Position numbers and translations under genes: made by a program. This document shows, one piece after another, positions 18,766 to 29,170 of a DNA stretch of 64,000 nt. Source of the stretch: Candidatus Calditenuaceae archaeon HR02 (GTDB taxonomy: Archaea > Thermoproteota > Nitrososphaeria_A > Caldarchaeales > Calditenuaceae); NCBI GenBank assembly GCA_002898395.1, contig BEHE01000001.1, forward strand, positions 64,001 to 128,000, given 5' to 3'. How positions within the stretch are numbered: position 1 is the stretch's first letter; every line of letters starts with the position of its first letter. The notes beneath the pieces were generated by a model that was not told where the DNA came from, did no database searches, and was given only the letters and a program-made list of their open reading frames with translations.

Positions 18766-20976
18766 TTATTGTGCTGGTCTTCTGCGACCTAGTGCTCTGC
18801 CTACAGCTATCCCGACGACGAGTAATACGATCCCTACAGCTGCAGCTACTCCAGACAGCGTCCCCCAGTCAATGGCCGTTACAGTCTGTGTCTGCACTTG
18901 TGTGACTACCTGTGTTCTTAGCTCGGTTACACGCTGTGTCACTGTCTCTCTTAGCGTGACGGTAGTCACGCCAGCAGCTGGCGGAGCACGACCCACCAGA
19001 CTCTCCCACTCGGCAGCGGTGGCAATTTTGACTAGGGGTGTGTTGGCAATTCTTAGTGGTTTCGGATCCATTATAGCATCCTTTGTCGGTGCTCTGCCTG
19101 TCGGCTTAACCTTAAGTATAACGAAGAGGTGCTGGCTCCACCAAGAGACTGGGTCCATGTAGTAGTTTTCTGGGAATGTTGGCCAGTTATCCCAAGCGTA
19201 GCCGTCTTGGAATGTGTAGAAGGGTGTTGGGAAGAAGCCGAGCCAGGGCAGGTCCCTAACCCAGATCTTCAACGCCTCCCTGTAGAGCTCGAAGGCTCTT
19301 GGAGAGCCTGGATCAGTCCTCTCAAGCTCATCCACTATCCTGTCAAGCTCCTGGATCGGGGCCTCGGCAGTGTTCCACCCAGTTCCATGACCGCCCTCAC
19401 CCTTCTTCTGGACCCAATACTTACTACTCCACCGGTTAAACCAGTTGGCGTATAGGTCAAGTATCTGGCTACAGCCAGGCCAGAAAGTGCCTACTTGGAA
19501 GTCGCCTATGCTGTATGAGGTTGAGAACGGCCCTGACTCCAATGGCGTCACCTTAACATCGATACCGAAAGCCCTCCACTGGTCAGCGACTAGGAATGCT
19601 ATTCTCTGGCTCTCCATCTCGAAGCCCGAGGTAGTCTTGATCTCTATCGTCCATGGCGTACCATCAGGCATTAGCCACTTACCGTCAGCGCCTCTCTTGA
19701 ATCCTTGGGCTGTTAGAAGCTGCTCGGCCTTGGCTAAATCTTGCTTCCAGAAGCCTAGTACAGGATACTTCTCGACCCACCATGCATTGTTCTCCCTAGC
19801 AATGTCGAGGACCAGTTCTGGGTCGTAGCCGTACTGTTTCAGGTAATCAAGTAGCGGAATATAGTATGTCTCAATGTCCGCTGCATGTGGTATGACTGGG
19901 AGGGCGGCTGGTGTTGGTGTGGACTTATCAATACCTACGAACGCCCGGTATATCGTTCTGTAATCTATTGCGTAGGCTAGAGCCCATCTTACCTCCCTCT
20001 TATCGAAAGGTGGAGTCTTTGTCTGGAAAGCGATACCCTTCACGCAGGGGTCAAGTGGCCATGCGAAGGGGGCGCTGGCCCTCCAACCCTTCAGATACGG
20101 GTTGTTCTTTATGACGAGCTCTGCCTGCTCAGGGAGCAAAGTCCTCAGAGCATCCAACTCGTGCTTAGTCATTGCCAGGGCCTTAGCCTCATCTGGACCA
20201 TGGTTGATGTAGAGGACATACTTTGCAGCCGGGACAACGCCGAAAACTTTTGAACCCCACCAGTTGTCAAACCTCTCCCAGAGGAACCAGTTTCCTGCCG
20301 GGTCTACAGCCCTTAGGTTATACGGCCCGGCACAAGTGGGAGGATTATTCTCAAACTTCTGCGGGTCCTTTCCCTCCCATATATGCTTTGGTAGAATTCC
20401 ACCAGCACCGTAAATTATCACCGCGTAGAAGTAGTGCCATCTCGGGTTCGGTGAGAGAAGCTCTATGAGAACGGTTAGCCTGTCTAAAGCCCTAGCGTCC
20501 TTTACTGATGCCTTCTCGTTTACGCCTATTGGAGCTGGCGCCTCTTTAAGATACTTTAGCGTGAACACGACGTCCTCTGCTGTCAAAGGTTTTCCGTCAT
20601 TCCAGTACACACCATCCCGTAGCTTCACGATTAGACTGGTGAAGTCTGGCGAGTAGATCGGCGGTTCAGCCGCGATCCACGGTATCAACATACTGTTTGA
20701 TGTATTGATGTACCATAGGAAGGCCTTGCACAGCTGCTGGTAGCCGCTCCCACCTGGAGCAATAGATGCAGGACCAACACCAGGCGAGGCTATTGGATTC
20801 CAGTTATTGGGGTTGGCATATGTTCCCCAGTGGTTTTCAATAACAAGGACGTCTCCTCGTGGGACGCCAGCTGGCAGTGGAAGCTGGCCATAGCTCACCG
20901 GCACAGCCGAGAGAGCTAGAGCAGCAACAAGCACCAGAGCGGCAGATATAGCTATGTAGGACTTTTTCCCGTTCAT
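18766..20976 (-). CDS. Family-5 substrate-binding protein (probably oligosaccharide), C-terminally anchored
   Basis: LRDGVYWNDGKPLTAEDVVFT signature; signal peptide from MNGKK (ATG 20976); Thr/Val-rich linker and TM; divergent from the GH1 gene. Confidence 0.88.
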   Translation of the reverse strand: MNGKKSYIAISAALVLVAALALSAVPVSYGQLPLPAGVPRGDVLVIENHWGTYANPNNWNPIASPGVGPASIAPGGSGYQQLCKAFLWYINTSNSMLIPWIAAEPPIYSPDFTSLIVKLRDGVYWNDGKPLTAEDVVFTLKYLKEAPAPIGVNEKASVKDARALDRLTVLIELLSPNPRWHYFYAVIIYGAGGILPKHIWEGKDPQKFENNPPTCAGPYNLRAVDPAGNWFLWERFDNWWGSKVFGVVPAAKYVLYINHGPDEAKALAMTKHELDALRTLLPEQAELVIKNNPYLKGWRASAPFAWPLDPCVKGIAFQTKTPPFDKREVRWALAYAIDYRTIYRAFVGIDKSTPTPAALPVIPHAADIETYYIPLLDYLKQYGYDPELVLDIARENNAWWVEKYPVLGFWKQDLAKAEQLLTAQGFKRGADGKWLMPDGTPWTIEIKTTSGFEMESQRIAFLVADQWRAFGIDVKVTPLESGPFSTSYSIGDFQVGTFWPGCSQILDLYANWFNRWSSKYWVQKKGEGGHGTGWNTAEAPIQELDRIVDELERTDPGSPRAFELYREALKIWVRDLPWLGFFPTPFYTFQDGYAWDNWPTFPENYYMDPVSWWSQHLFVILKVKPTGRAPTKDAIMDPKPLRIANTPLVKIATAAEWESLVGRAPPAAGVTTVTLRETVTQRVTELRTQVVTQVQTQTVTAIDWGTLSGVAAAVGIVLLVVGIAVGRALGRRRPAQ

Positions 20977-21155
20977 GCGTTTAGAATTAATGATTAGCGG
21001 CATATAAATCTTTCCGGATACGCCATAAATTTTACCACAATACAATCAGCCTAAGCTAACACTATATTATTTCATGCATATCTATAGCCATAATTCTCAA
21101 GAATTATTAATAAGCACCACACTCTAGAACTTTTGCGTGAGAAGGGTGCTCGTGT

Positions 21156-22664
21156 ATGCTAAGACGTGATTTCATGTGGGGTTTTTCCGAAGCAGGCTTC
21201 CAATTTGAGATGGGTTATAGTGATGCGGCGATAGATAGGGAGACGGACTGGTATGTCTGGGTTACAGACCCGTTTAACATCATGAATAGGGTCGTCAGCG
21301 GAGATAGGCCGGAGGATGGGCCAGGCTACTGGGACCTCTTCAAACAGGACCACCGGCTAATATCCGAGCTGGGAGCAAACACAATGAGAGTAGGGATAGA
21401 GTGGAGCAGAATCTTCCCGAAACCTACCCGCGAAGTCAAGGTTAAAACAACCATCGAGAATGGGATAGTGAAGGATGTCGAGATACCCGCAGAGGGTGAG
21501 AGAGAGCTTGAGAGTCTAGCCAGTATGAATGCCCTCAACCACTACCGCGAAATGATAAGAGACATGAAGGACAGAGGGTTCAAGGTCATAGTCAATCTAA
21601 ACCACTTCACCCTACCGATATGGGTTCACGACCCTCTGCGGGCAAGGTCTTCAGCCCTCCGTGAGGGGCCTCTTGGATGGGTTGATACTGCTAATGTCGT
21701 GGAGTTTGTGAAGTATGCACACTTTGTCGGCTCTAGGCTCTCTGACCTTGTCGACATGTGGAGCACCTTCAACGAGCCATACGTTGTTTCGGATATTGGC
21801 TATGGTCGCTACCCATCCGAGTATGCCTTTCCACCCGGATTCTTCAGTGTCGAGGGTCTAACCAAGGCGCGGCTTAATCTACTCATGGCACATGCCCGCG
21901 GATATGACGAGTTGAAAAAGGTCCTCGGGAAAAACTCGCAAGTAGGAATAATCTATGCGACCTCCGCCATCGAGCCATGCGATAAGGAGAGTGATGCCGA
22001 TAAGGGTGCTGCTGAAAAGATGAACCATTTCTCCAACCTCTGGTTCTTCGAGACACTAAGTAAGGGAGAACTAGACCGGTCGATGCTCGGCCTACAACCT
22101 CCAGAGAAGGTTCCAGAGCTTAAGGACAGGTTTGACTGGATAGGAGTGAATTATTACTCGCGATTAGTAGTAAGAGCCACGACATTACCAGGCCTACCTT
22201 TGCCCTGGACCATTGTTCCCGGGTATGGATTTGCCTGTGAGCCGTCCTCGTTCTCGCTGGCTGGGAGACCTACTTCAGAGTTCGGTTGGGAAATCTATCC
22301 TGAGGGGTTGAGGAACGTCTTACTAATGCTTCAGAGATATGGGAAGCCCATGATAGTAACTGAAAATGGCACGGCAGACAAGTATGACAGGATTAGGCCA
22401 CAGTTCCTGTTCGCTCATATCGCGGCGGTCGAAGACGCAGTTAAGAGTGGAGCGGATGTCAGAGGGTATCTTCACTGGAGCTACATAGACAACTTTGAGT
22501 GGGCACGCGGATTCGCTATGAAGTTCGGAGTTATTACTTACGACCCCTCAACCAAGAAGAGAAGGCCGCGGCCATCATATTACATTCTACGGGACATAAT
22601 ACAGCAAAATGGCTTGGACGAGAAGATGCGAAGTACTGCTGAGCTGCTCTATACCCCCCGCTGA
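21156..22664 (+). CDS. GH1 beta-glycosidase (archaeal CelB/LacS type)
   Basis: FMWGFSEAGFQFEMG, TFNEP (acid/base), VTENG (nucleophile), DNFEWA. Confidence 0.93.
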   Translation: MLRRDFMWGFSEAGFQFEMGYSDAAIDRETDWYVWVTDPFNIMNRVVSGDRPEDGPGYWDLFKQDHRLISELGANTMRVGIEWSRIFPKPTREVKVKTTIENGIVKDVEIPAEGERELESLASMNALNHYREMIRDMKDRGFKVIVNLNHFTLPIWVHDPLRARSSALREGPLGWVDTANVVEFVKYAHFVGSRLSDLVDMWSTFNEPYVVSDIGYGRYPSEYAFPPGFFSVEGLTKARLNLLMAHARGYDELKKVLGKNSQVGIIYATSAIEPCDKESDADKGAAEKMNHFSNLWFFETLSKGELDRSMLGLQPPEKVPELKDRFDWIGVNYYSRLVVRATTLPGLPLPWTIVPGYGFACEPSSFSLAGRPTSEFGWEIYPEGLRNVLLMLQRYGKPMIVTENGTADKYDRIRPQFLFAHIAAVEDAVKSGADVRGYLHWSYIDNFEWARGFAMKFGVITYDPSTKKRRPRPSYYILRDIIQQNGLDEKMRSTAELLYTPR

Positions 22665-22740
22665 CCAAGAATCACAACCCTATGTATTTTTGTGAGATCA
22701 TTATTTCCTAGGGGTTCCCTCTACGCTTCTCTTTGGCAAG

Positions 22741-23139
22741 CTATCTGTAGCTCTTTTGCTTGAAGCGTCGAGCGGACCGCCTATTGGGTTTTTTCGGCTC
22801 CGTCCTTCTCGGGTCGCCGACTAGCAAGTGTCTATCAAGTGATAAGATTTTCTCCCTTAGGGATGCGCTTGCTGCGGCCATTGCGCGCGCGATAGCCATA
22901 GCACAGGCCTCTGCCTGACCCATCACTCCGCCTCCCCTGACTTTTATCGAGAAGTCGTGTTTCTTGGCGAATTTCTCGTCAAGCCTCAGGGGGGCCAGTA
23001 TCTTTTCCCTAGCTAGGGAGTTGGGCAGGTGGTCTAGGACGATGCCGTTTATGAATATCCTCCCAGTTCCTGGCCTAAGAAGTAGCCTCGCCCTAGCCTC
23101 TTTCCTGAAGCCTGTGAATATTGTTTCGGTTTTGACCAT
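22741..23139 (-). CDS. rps9: 30S ribosomal protein S9
   Basis: GFRKEARA, V-GGG-MGQA, DPRRTEPKKP...QKSYR. Confidence 0.97.
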   Translation of the reverse strand: MVKTETIFTGFRKEARARLLLRPGTGRIFINGIVLDHLPNSLAREKILAPLRLDEKFAKKHDFSIKVRGGGVMGQAEACAMAIARAMAAASASLREKILSLDRHLLVGDPRRTEPKKPNRRSARRFKQKSYR

Positions 23140-23194
23140 TCCCTGCTAAGACGATTCTCTGAGCCCTAATTTATATAGCTTCGTCGTTTATGGT

Positions 23195-23620
23195 TTGTTG
23201 GCTGTGACTGAGTCGGGTTGGGATGAGCGTGTAGAGGCATGGTTCTCCAAACAGATCCGAAGCTTCCAAGACATTTTCCCCGCGCGGAGGGCTTCGATAA
23301 GGGAGCTCCTCAACCAGTCGAGGCCTTATGTGGAGACTAGAGGTGGGGGGCGCCACTACTTTTCCAGGCGAGATCTGGAGGCGGCCGCGTCGAAGCTGCC
23401 TGCTGAGCTCCTTGACGCACCTATTTTCCCAATAGTCTTCACTAGGGGCGAGGTTGAGGATTTATACATCGTGAGGGGTGCGGAGGCGGCTGATGCTTTT
23501 GCGAGGCTCTCGGACCTTAATGGTCTGGACAGCCTACCCACAGGCGAGTTCTACACGTATAAGTCGCTGGTTCTTCACTTCTTATCGAGATACCCCTCTC
23601 TGGGCATAATTGCTGGGTAG
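23195..23620 (+). CDS. DUF61/UPF0216-like protein
   Basis: P..R.SIRELL...PYVETRGG..HYF pattern. Confidence 0.6.
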   Translation: MLAVTESGWDERVEAWFSKQIRSFQDIFPARRASIRELLNQSRPYVETRGGGRHYFSRRDLEAAASKLPAELLDAPIFPIVFTRGEVEDLYIVRGAEAADAFARLSDLNGLDSLPTGEFYTYKSLVLHFLSRYPSLGIIAG

Positions 23621-23638
23621 TGGGCTAAAGGCCATCCT

Positions 23639-24580
23639 TCAGCGGTAGTCCTCGTGCCTGACGATGTTGAGTGGCCTCTCGCCTCTAAGATATCTCACAA
23701 CATTCTCGACCGCTAGCCGTAGCATCTCTTCATAAGTCTCCCTCGAGCTGGCCGCCCCCGCTACCCATGGCGTGGAGAGGGTGTTGGGTAGCGAGTATAC
23801 GTCGGAGTCCTCGGATGGGCTTCGAATATTCCACCACACATCGTTCGCATAGATGAATGAGGGATTCTCCTTTAGGAATCTCACCAGGTCCTCCTTAACT
23901 ATTATAGGCGCTCTCCCCACGTTCACGAGTATGCCTTCGCGCTTCATGAGGCACAGCTTCTCATACGTGATGAGGCCGCGGGTATGCTTCGTAAGGGGCA
24001 GGGCTATTACGGCATAGTCGCAGCCCCTCAATGCGTCACTGATTCTGTCGGGCGGATAGAACTCGTCAACCGTCACACCACTCCTAAGAGACCTTCCGTA
24101 GCCCACAACATACATCTTGAACGCCTTAGCTATCTCTGCGACCCTGGAGCCTATCGCACCAAGCCCGAGAACGCAGATTCTCCGCCCGTGAAGCATCCTC
24201 GACTCGCCAACAACCTCAAAGTTGCCACTTCTAACCCGCTGGTCAAAGAAAGTGATACGTTTCGCGGCAGCTAACAGTAGTGCGAAAGCGTGTTCTGCGA
24301 CTGCGTCGGCATTTGACCCGACATTGCTTGCCACAGTCACGTCCGCAGGTATGTGGCTCCAGGGAAGGGAATCAACACCCGCGTAGACGCACTGTATGAA
24401 GCGAAGGTTGTTCATTGCATCGAGCTCCGCCCCTGTGATAGGGCCGCAGAGCAGAACGGTAATACGGCTGAGGTCTGCTGCGCCACCCAACTCTCCTGCT
24501 TCATACACCTCGGCTAACTCTTCAATCTCCCGTCTAAGCTCCGGCTTCAGCTTAACCGTACTATACACCACCTCTCCCAA
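23639..24580 (-). CDS. D-isomer-specific 2-hydroxyacid dehydrogenase
   Basis: AVAEHA, GLGAIG, LPLTKHTRGLI, VNVGR; catalytic His position reads TPWVA. Confidence 0.9.
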   Translation of the reverse strand: MGEVVYSTVKLKPELRREIEELAEVYEAGELGGAADLSRITVLLCGPITGAELDAMNNLRFIQCVYAGVDSLPWSHIPADVTVASNVGSNADAVAEHAFALLLAAAKRITFFDQRVRSGNFEVVGESRMLHGRRICVLGLGAIGSRVAEIAKAFKMYVVGYGRSLRSGVTVDEFYPPDRISDALRGCDYAVIALPLTKHTRGLITYEKLCLMKREGILVNVGRAPIIVKEDLVRFLKENPSFIYANDVWWNIRSPSEDSDVYSLPNTLSTPWVAGAASSRETYEEMLRLAVENVVRYLRGERPLNIVRHEDYR

Positions 24581-25166
24581 TCCGCGCGATTAGTAACGAT
24601 TGGTAATGATATAGTTAATCCCGAAAAAGGTAGCTGGTCTCAACCGGCTCCACCCATACAGGAGGCGGCGGCCTCAATTATATCTATCTCTCATAGCATA
24701 GTCCAGCCTAGGTGTTGTAGAGGAGTTTCAACGTGTAATTCCTTAATCAAATATTGTCCAGCAAACCAAAGAGACGACAAGGCTCGCCTTCTTCTGGAAT
24801 TTTTGCCCCATTTTCACTTATAATAGCAGTACTTAGAAGGCCCACGCCTACGCTTCCGAACTGAATGGATTATCCTCAGCCTCCTATCTTCTTGGTGTTT
24901 TTTTGTTTTGTGTTTATGTGTTGTTGGTGTTTTGGGGAGTATTTAAGGCACCTACTATATGCACCACTACTAGCGTCGGGGGGTTTCGAACTCTCAACAA
25001 AGATGATACGGCATTACAGGGATGGGATTAGAGAAAGGAAGGAGTGGTGGAAGATTTGTGAGATTCTGAAGAAAAGCATCGGCAGAAATATGATGAGGCG
25101 CAGACGAAAACCCGCCCCTTTATCCCCTCATACCTACCACATTGAAAAATCCATAATTATTAAAAT

Positions 25167-25238
25167 CGGGCCCGGTGGGATTCGAACCCACGACCTTCCG
25201 GTTAACAGCCGGGCGCTCTACCTCTGAGCTACGGGCCC
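25167..25238 (-). tRNA. tRNA-Asn(GTT), intronless, CCA not encoded
   Basis: Reverse complement GGGCCCGTAGCTCAGAGGTAGAGCGCCCGGCTGTTAACCGGAAGGTCGTGGGTTCGAATCCCACCGGGCCCG folds as a cloverleaf with anticodon GTT. Confidence 0.96.
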
Positions 25239-25277
25239 AAGAAACGTGCATGGATGGTGTTATATTTACCTAGCATG

Positions 25278-26522
25278 CTATGATGAGCCTTTTTCTGTCA
25301 TGTAGAGTCTCGCTATGTTACGGGCGACTGTGGATTTTCTGGCTTTTGGGACTTGGTATATTTTTCCCGACCTTCCGATTACTGTCACCTCGTTGAAGGC
25401 TGAAGCGAATCCGATGTCTGTGCGAGAGACGTCGTTAACAACAATCATTAACGGGTTCAAATGGGAAAGACTCGATACAACCTTCTCCACGCCTTCGCTG
25501 AGTCCATAGGCTGCCTTGAAGGGTATTATCTCGATCTCTGGGAAATTCTTTCTGACGGATTCGAGTATCTTGGGTGTCGCCTCAAGTTCTAAAACGATTT
25601 TTGGGTGTGTGACTGTTTCGATCTTCTCATCGATTGTGTGGACTGGCTTGTAGTCTGCGACTGCTGCTGCTGAGAAGAATGCCTCTGCCCCCTCTGCCTC
25701 CTCTAAAACCACCTTCTCCATCTCTTTGCTCGATTCGATTCTTCTGACACTGATACCCGTGGGTGGCTCGATGTGTGTGGGGCCAAGCACTAGTGAGACC
25801 GCGCCCCCCAGCATCCGCAGACTTCTGGCCATCTCGATGCCCATCAATCCACTACTTGGGTTTGAGATGTAGCGGACCCTGTCTATGTATTCTCTAGTGG
25901 GTCCTGCGCTCACTATGAATCGCCTACCCTTTAATGGCTTGGGGGAGAGATGGTAGATGACCTCATCAACTATGTGCTTCTCTGGGGCTAGCTTGGCTTT
26001 AGCCTCCTCCATTAACGGCTCCACTATTCCAACCCCCATCTCTTTGAGGCGTTTAAGCGATTCTCTCACCGCTGGGTTGTTCGTCATGGAAACGTGCATT
26101 GCGGGAGCCACCACGACTGGGATACCAGAGCCAAGAGCTGCAGAGCATACAAGTGTGACTGGATTGTCTGAAACGCCTAGGCTAATTTTGGCTAGAGTAT
26201 TTGCGGTGGCCGGTGCGACGAGCACTAGGTCCACCCGCCCCCCACCCTCAGTCAGCTCAACATGCTCCACTCTACCCCCTATCTCGACCAGCGGGGTATT
26301 TCCCGTGGCCCATTCCATTAGCTGAGGGTTAAGAAGTTTAGAGGCATCGGGCGTCATTATCGGTATGACATCGGCACCGTGCCTGATCAAGGCCCTAGCG
26401 ATATCTGGCCCCCTGTATACTGAGACGCTCCCAGTTAGACAGTGGGCTATACGGAGGCCCGACAGCTCATCTCCCCAGGACCCGCGAATTGAATCGCCAG
26501 ACCCACTCATCCTTAAACCCAC
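25278..26522 (-). CDS. coaBC: Bifunctional phosphopantothenoylcysteine decarboxylase/synthase
   Basis: TGSV, APATANTLAK, PAMH, AGPTREYIDRVRYISNPSSG, AAVADY. Confidence 0.95.
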   Translation of the reverse strand: MGLRMSGSGDSIRGSWGDELSGLRIAHCLTGSVSVYRGPDIARALIRHGADVIPIMTPDASKLLNPQLMEWATGNTPLVEIGGRVEHVELTEGGGRVDLVLVAPATANTLAKISLGVSDNPVTLVCSAALGSGIPVVVAPAMHVSMTNNPAVRESLKRLKEMGVGIVEPLMEEAKAKLAPEKHIVDEVIYHLSPKPLKGRRFIVSAGPTREYIDRVRYISNPSSGLMGIEMARSLRMLGGAVSLVLGPTHIEPPTGISVRRIESSKEMEKVVLEEAEGAEAFFSAAAVADYKPVHTIDEKIETVTHPKIVLELEATPKILESVRKNFPEIEIIPFKAAYGLSEGVEKVVSSLSHLNPLMIVVNDVSRTDIGFASAFNEVTVIGRSGKIYQVPKARKSTVARNIARLYMTEKGSS

Positions 26523-26553
26523 AAGTATGGAATGCTAAATATTCTCTTCTCAG

Positions 26554-27147
26554 CTATTTCTTGGCGGTTCTGAGGAAATTTTCCAGTATCTTGTGACCCT
26601 CCTCCGTCATTATTGACTCTGGATGGAATTGTACGCCGTAGATCGGATAGTTCCGGTGCTCCAAAGCCATTATCTCGCCATCGTCTAGGGAAACTGCCGT
26701 GATTTCTAGGGGTTCTGGAAGTGGGGGCTTTACAGCTAGCGAATGATACCGGGCGACACGGAGCGGGTTTTTAACACCCTCAAAGATTCCGGAGCCGCTA
26801 TGCCTCACCATACTCACTTTTCCATGCATTAGCCTAGACGCTCTCTCCACACGTCCCCCAAAGACACAGACAATCCCCTGGTGCCCTAAGCACACCCCCA
26901 GAACCGGGCGCTCCCTACCCATCTCCAGGATGATATCGCCCGAGACGCCGAAAAACCTCCTGTCGGCAGGGTGGCCTGGCCCAGGCGAGATGACTATTGC
27001 ATCAGGGCTGAGTTTTATGGCGTCTTCGAGAGTAAGTTTATTGTTTCTGAAGACTACTGGATAGGCGCCTAGCTCGCCGAGATATTGGACTATGTTGTAG
27101 ACGAAGGAGTCGAAGTTGTCTACCACCAACACTTTTATCATGATCAC
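26554..27147 (-). CDS. trpG: Anthranilate synthase component II (glutamine amidotransferase)
   Basis: VDNFDSFVYN, SPGPG, GVCLGHQ, RYHSL, QFHPES. Confidence 0.92.
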   Translation of the reverse strand: MIMIKVLVVDNFDSFVYNIVQYLGELGAYPVVFRNNKLTLEDAIKLSPDAIVISPGPGHPADRRFFGVSGDIILEMGRERPVLGVCLGHQGIVCVFGGRVERASRLMHGKVSMVRHSGSGIFEGVKNPLRVARYHSLAVKPPLPEPLEITAVSLDDGEIMALEHRNYPIYGVQFHPESIMTEEGHKILENFLRTAKK

Positions 27148-27149
27148 CC

Positions 27150-28517
27150 TTACCTCGCCATGGCCGAGAGGAGGGCTGCTGCCTTGTGCTCCGTCTCATA
27201 CCATTCAGCCTCCGGTTTACTGTCGGCAACCACCCCCATACCCACCTGAATACTCGCACTCGAATCTGAGTGGCCCAGAAGCGTCCTGATGGTTATAGCG
27301 AAATCAGCGCTACCATTGAAGGAGAGGTATCCCACGCAGCCAGCATAGGGTCCGCGCCTCACAGGCTCGAGCTCGTCAATTATCTCAATAGCCCTGAGCT
27401 TTGGAGCGCCTGTCACAGTTCCTGCCGGGAAGGTGGCCTCGAGGGCGTCTATTGCGCTCAAGCCAAGCTTTAGCTCTCCAACTACATGGGAGACGAGGTG
27501 CTGGACATGGCTGTACCTGTGCACCTCCATCAGCGAAGCGACCCTAACCGTCCCATACCGACAGACCCTGCCCAGATCATTACGCGCTAAGTCAACCAGC
27601 ATTACATGCTCGGCCAGCTCCTTCTCGTCTCTCCGCAGCTCCTCCATCAGCCTGTCATCCTCTTCTGCACGCCCGGTCATCGGCCTCGTACCCGCAATTG
27701 GAAAAGTCTCAACCCGAGAACCCTCAACCCTCACAAGCATCTCCGGACTTGTCCCGACAATCCACCTATCATCCAGCCTTAACACATACATGTATGGGGA
27801 GGGGTTCAGCCGCCTCAACTCCCTATAGTATCCCCTATAGCTCCCAGCCACCTCTACGTCTATCCTCCTAGAGGGGACGACCTGGAGAACATCACCAGCC
27901 GCAATATACTCCTTCGCCCTGACCACCATCTCCTCAAACTTCTCCTTTGAGATGCTCGACTTGGCTCTGAGGGCACGTAGGGGCTCTTCGTCGCCCACAT
28001 CCTTCATCAGCCTTTTTACCTCCTCCCAATCTGAGCCTGGGTCATGGCCATAGATGTACACCTCATTCATGCGATGGTCAAATATAATGCCCCGATTGTA
28101 GACCCCGAACTCCATCTCGGGAAAGTCGTGCTCCTCCTTCACTCTAAACCGAATATCTTCCCAGTACTTCACAGACTCAAAGGAGATATACCCAACGCCC
28201 CCGCCCAGGAACCTGAACCTATTCTCCCTATTCCTCGAGCTTAGAATAATCTCTCCCAGCAGCCTCAGCGGGTTTCCCACGTCAACCTTGAACCTCGCGC
28301 CCTCCACCCTATCGACAACCTCGAGAACACCCTGCTCAACGGCAAGGGTCGCGACCGGGTCCCATCCTATGAAAGAGAACTCGGCCAACTTTCTCGGGCC
28401 ACTGACAGACTCTAGCAAGTATGACCGCTCATATGCCTCTGATAAGGCGCTGAAGATCTCGAAGGGCTGATAGCCGCAGTCATCTATCTTTTTTACCTCA
28501 ATATTCCGCTGACTTAT
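27150..28517 (-). CDS. trpE: Anthranilate synthase component I; true start uncertain (frame open to 28535, first standard start only at 28418)
   Basis: LLES...FSFIG, NPSPYMY, SPEMLV, PIAGT, EHVMLVDLARND, FPAGTVTGAPK. Confidence 0.88.
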   Translation of the reverse strand: MSQRNIEVKKIDDCGYQPFEIFSALSEAYERSYLLESVSGPRKLAEFSFIGWDPVATLAVEQGVLEVVDRVEGARFKVDVGNPLRLLGEIILSSRNRENRFRFLGGGVGYISFESVKYWEDIRFRVKEEHDFPEMEFGVYNRGIIFDHRMNEVYIYGHDPGSDWEEVKRLMKDVGDEEPLRALRAKSSISKEKFEEMVVRAKEYIAAGDVLQVVPSRRIDVEVAGSYRGYYRELRRLNPSPYMYVLRLDDRWIVGTSPEMLVRVEGSRVETFPIAGTRPMTGRAEEDDRLMEELRRDEKELAEHVMLVDLARNDLGRVCRYGTVRVASLMEVHRYSHVQHLVSHVVGELKLGLSAIDALEATFPAGTVTGAPKLRAIEIIDELEPVRRGPYAGCVGYLSFNGSADFAITIRTLLGHSDSSASIQVGMGVVADSKPEAEWYETEHKAAALLSAMAR

Positions 28518-28677
28518 CGCCTCTGCAAGGCCAAACTAGACCCCCTCTCAAACCTCGCAGACATCAGTCCCCCATCGCCTATATAATCCTTCACTGCCAC
28601 CCGGCGAGGAAGGGCCACACCGCCTGACCAGACAGCGCTAATATAGTGGCTTACAACATATCGAGGCTGGAGAGGGG

Positions 28678-29073
28678 TTGAGCAGGCCGGCAGAGCTGGG
28701 GTCGATAAAGGAGGGAAGCAACATCGTTATAGATGGCGAGCCGTGCCGCGTGGTCGAGGTTGAGAAGTCTAAGACTGGGAAGCACGGATCAGCGAAGGTC
28801 AGGGTTGTGGCCATAGGCATATTCGACGGGGTTAAGCGGAACATAGTTGGCCCTTCAGACCAGAGGGTTGAGATACCGATAATCGAGAAGAGGTCGGGGC
28901 AGGTCGTGACGGTGGGTGATGTTGTCTCAGTAATGGATCGGGATACCTTAGAAATTGTCGAGATACCGCTCCCAACCGAGGAGGGGCTGAGAAGCAAGCT
29001 TGAGCCAGGAGTCAATGTGGAGTATTGGGTTGTTCTGAATAGAAAGATGATAAGTCAAGTACGTAAAGAGTAG
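28678..29073 (+). CDS. eif5a: Translation factor IF-5A (aIF5A)
   Basis: Hypusine motif [10 protein letters not shown]. Confidence 0.97.
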   Translation: MSRPAELGSIKEGSNIVIDGEPCRVVEVEKSKTGKHGSAKVRVVAIGIFDGVKRNIVGPSDQRVEIPIIEKRSGQVVTVGDVVSVMDRDTLEIVEIPLPTEEGLRSKLEPGVNVEYWVVLNRKMISQVRKE

Positions 29074-29170
29074 TTATGTATTTTGCGTGAAGGAGATCAG
29101 TTATAATATTTAAACTTTACTCGAATAAAAAGCATAATTATTTACACTAAAACACAATATATCACGTAAC

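Noticed and set aside
18860-18970. Thr/Val-rich quasi-repeats in binding-protein C-termini (also 45380-45500)
   Set aside because: Ordinary linker before the membrane anchor of archaeal substrate-binding proteins
24865-25227. 120-aa ORF
   Set aside because: Low-complexity start and overlaps tRNA-Asn on the opposite strand; no recognisable family
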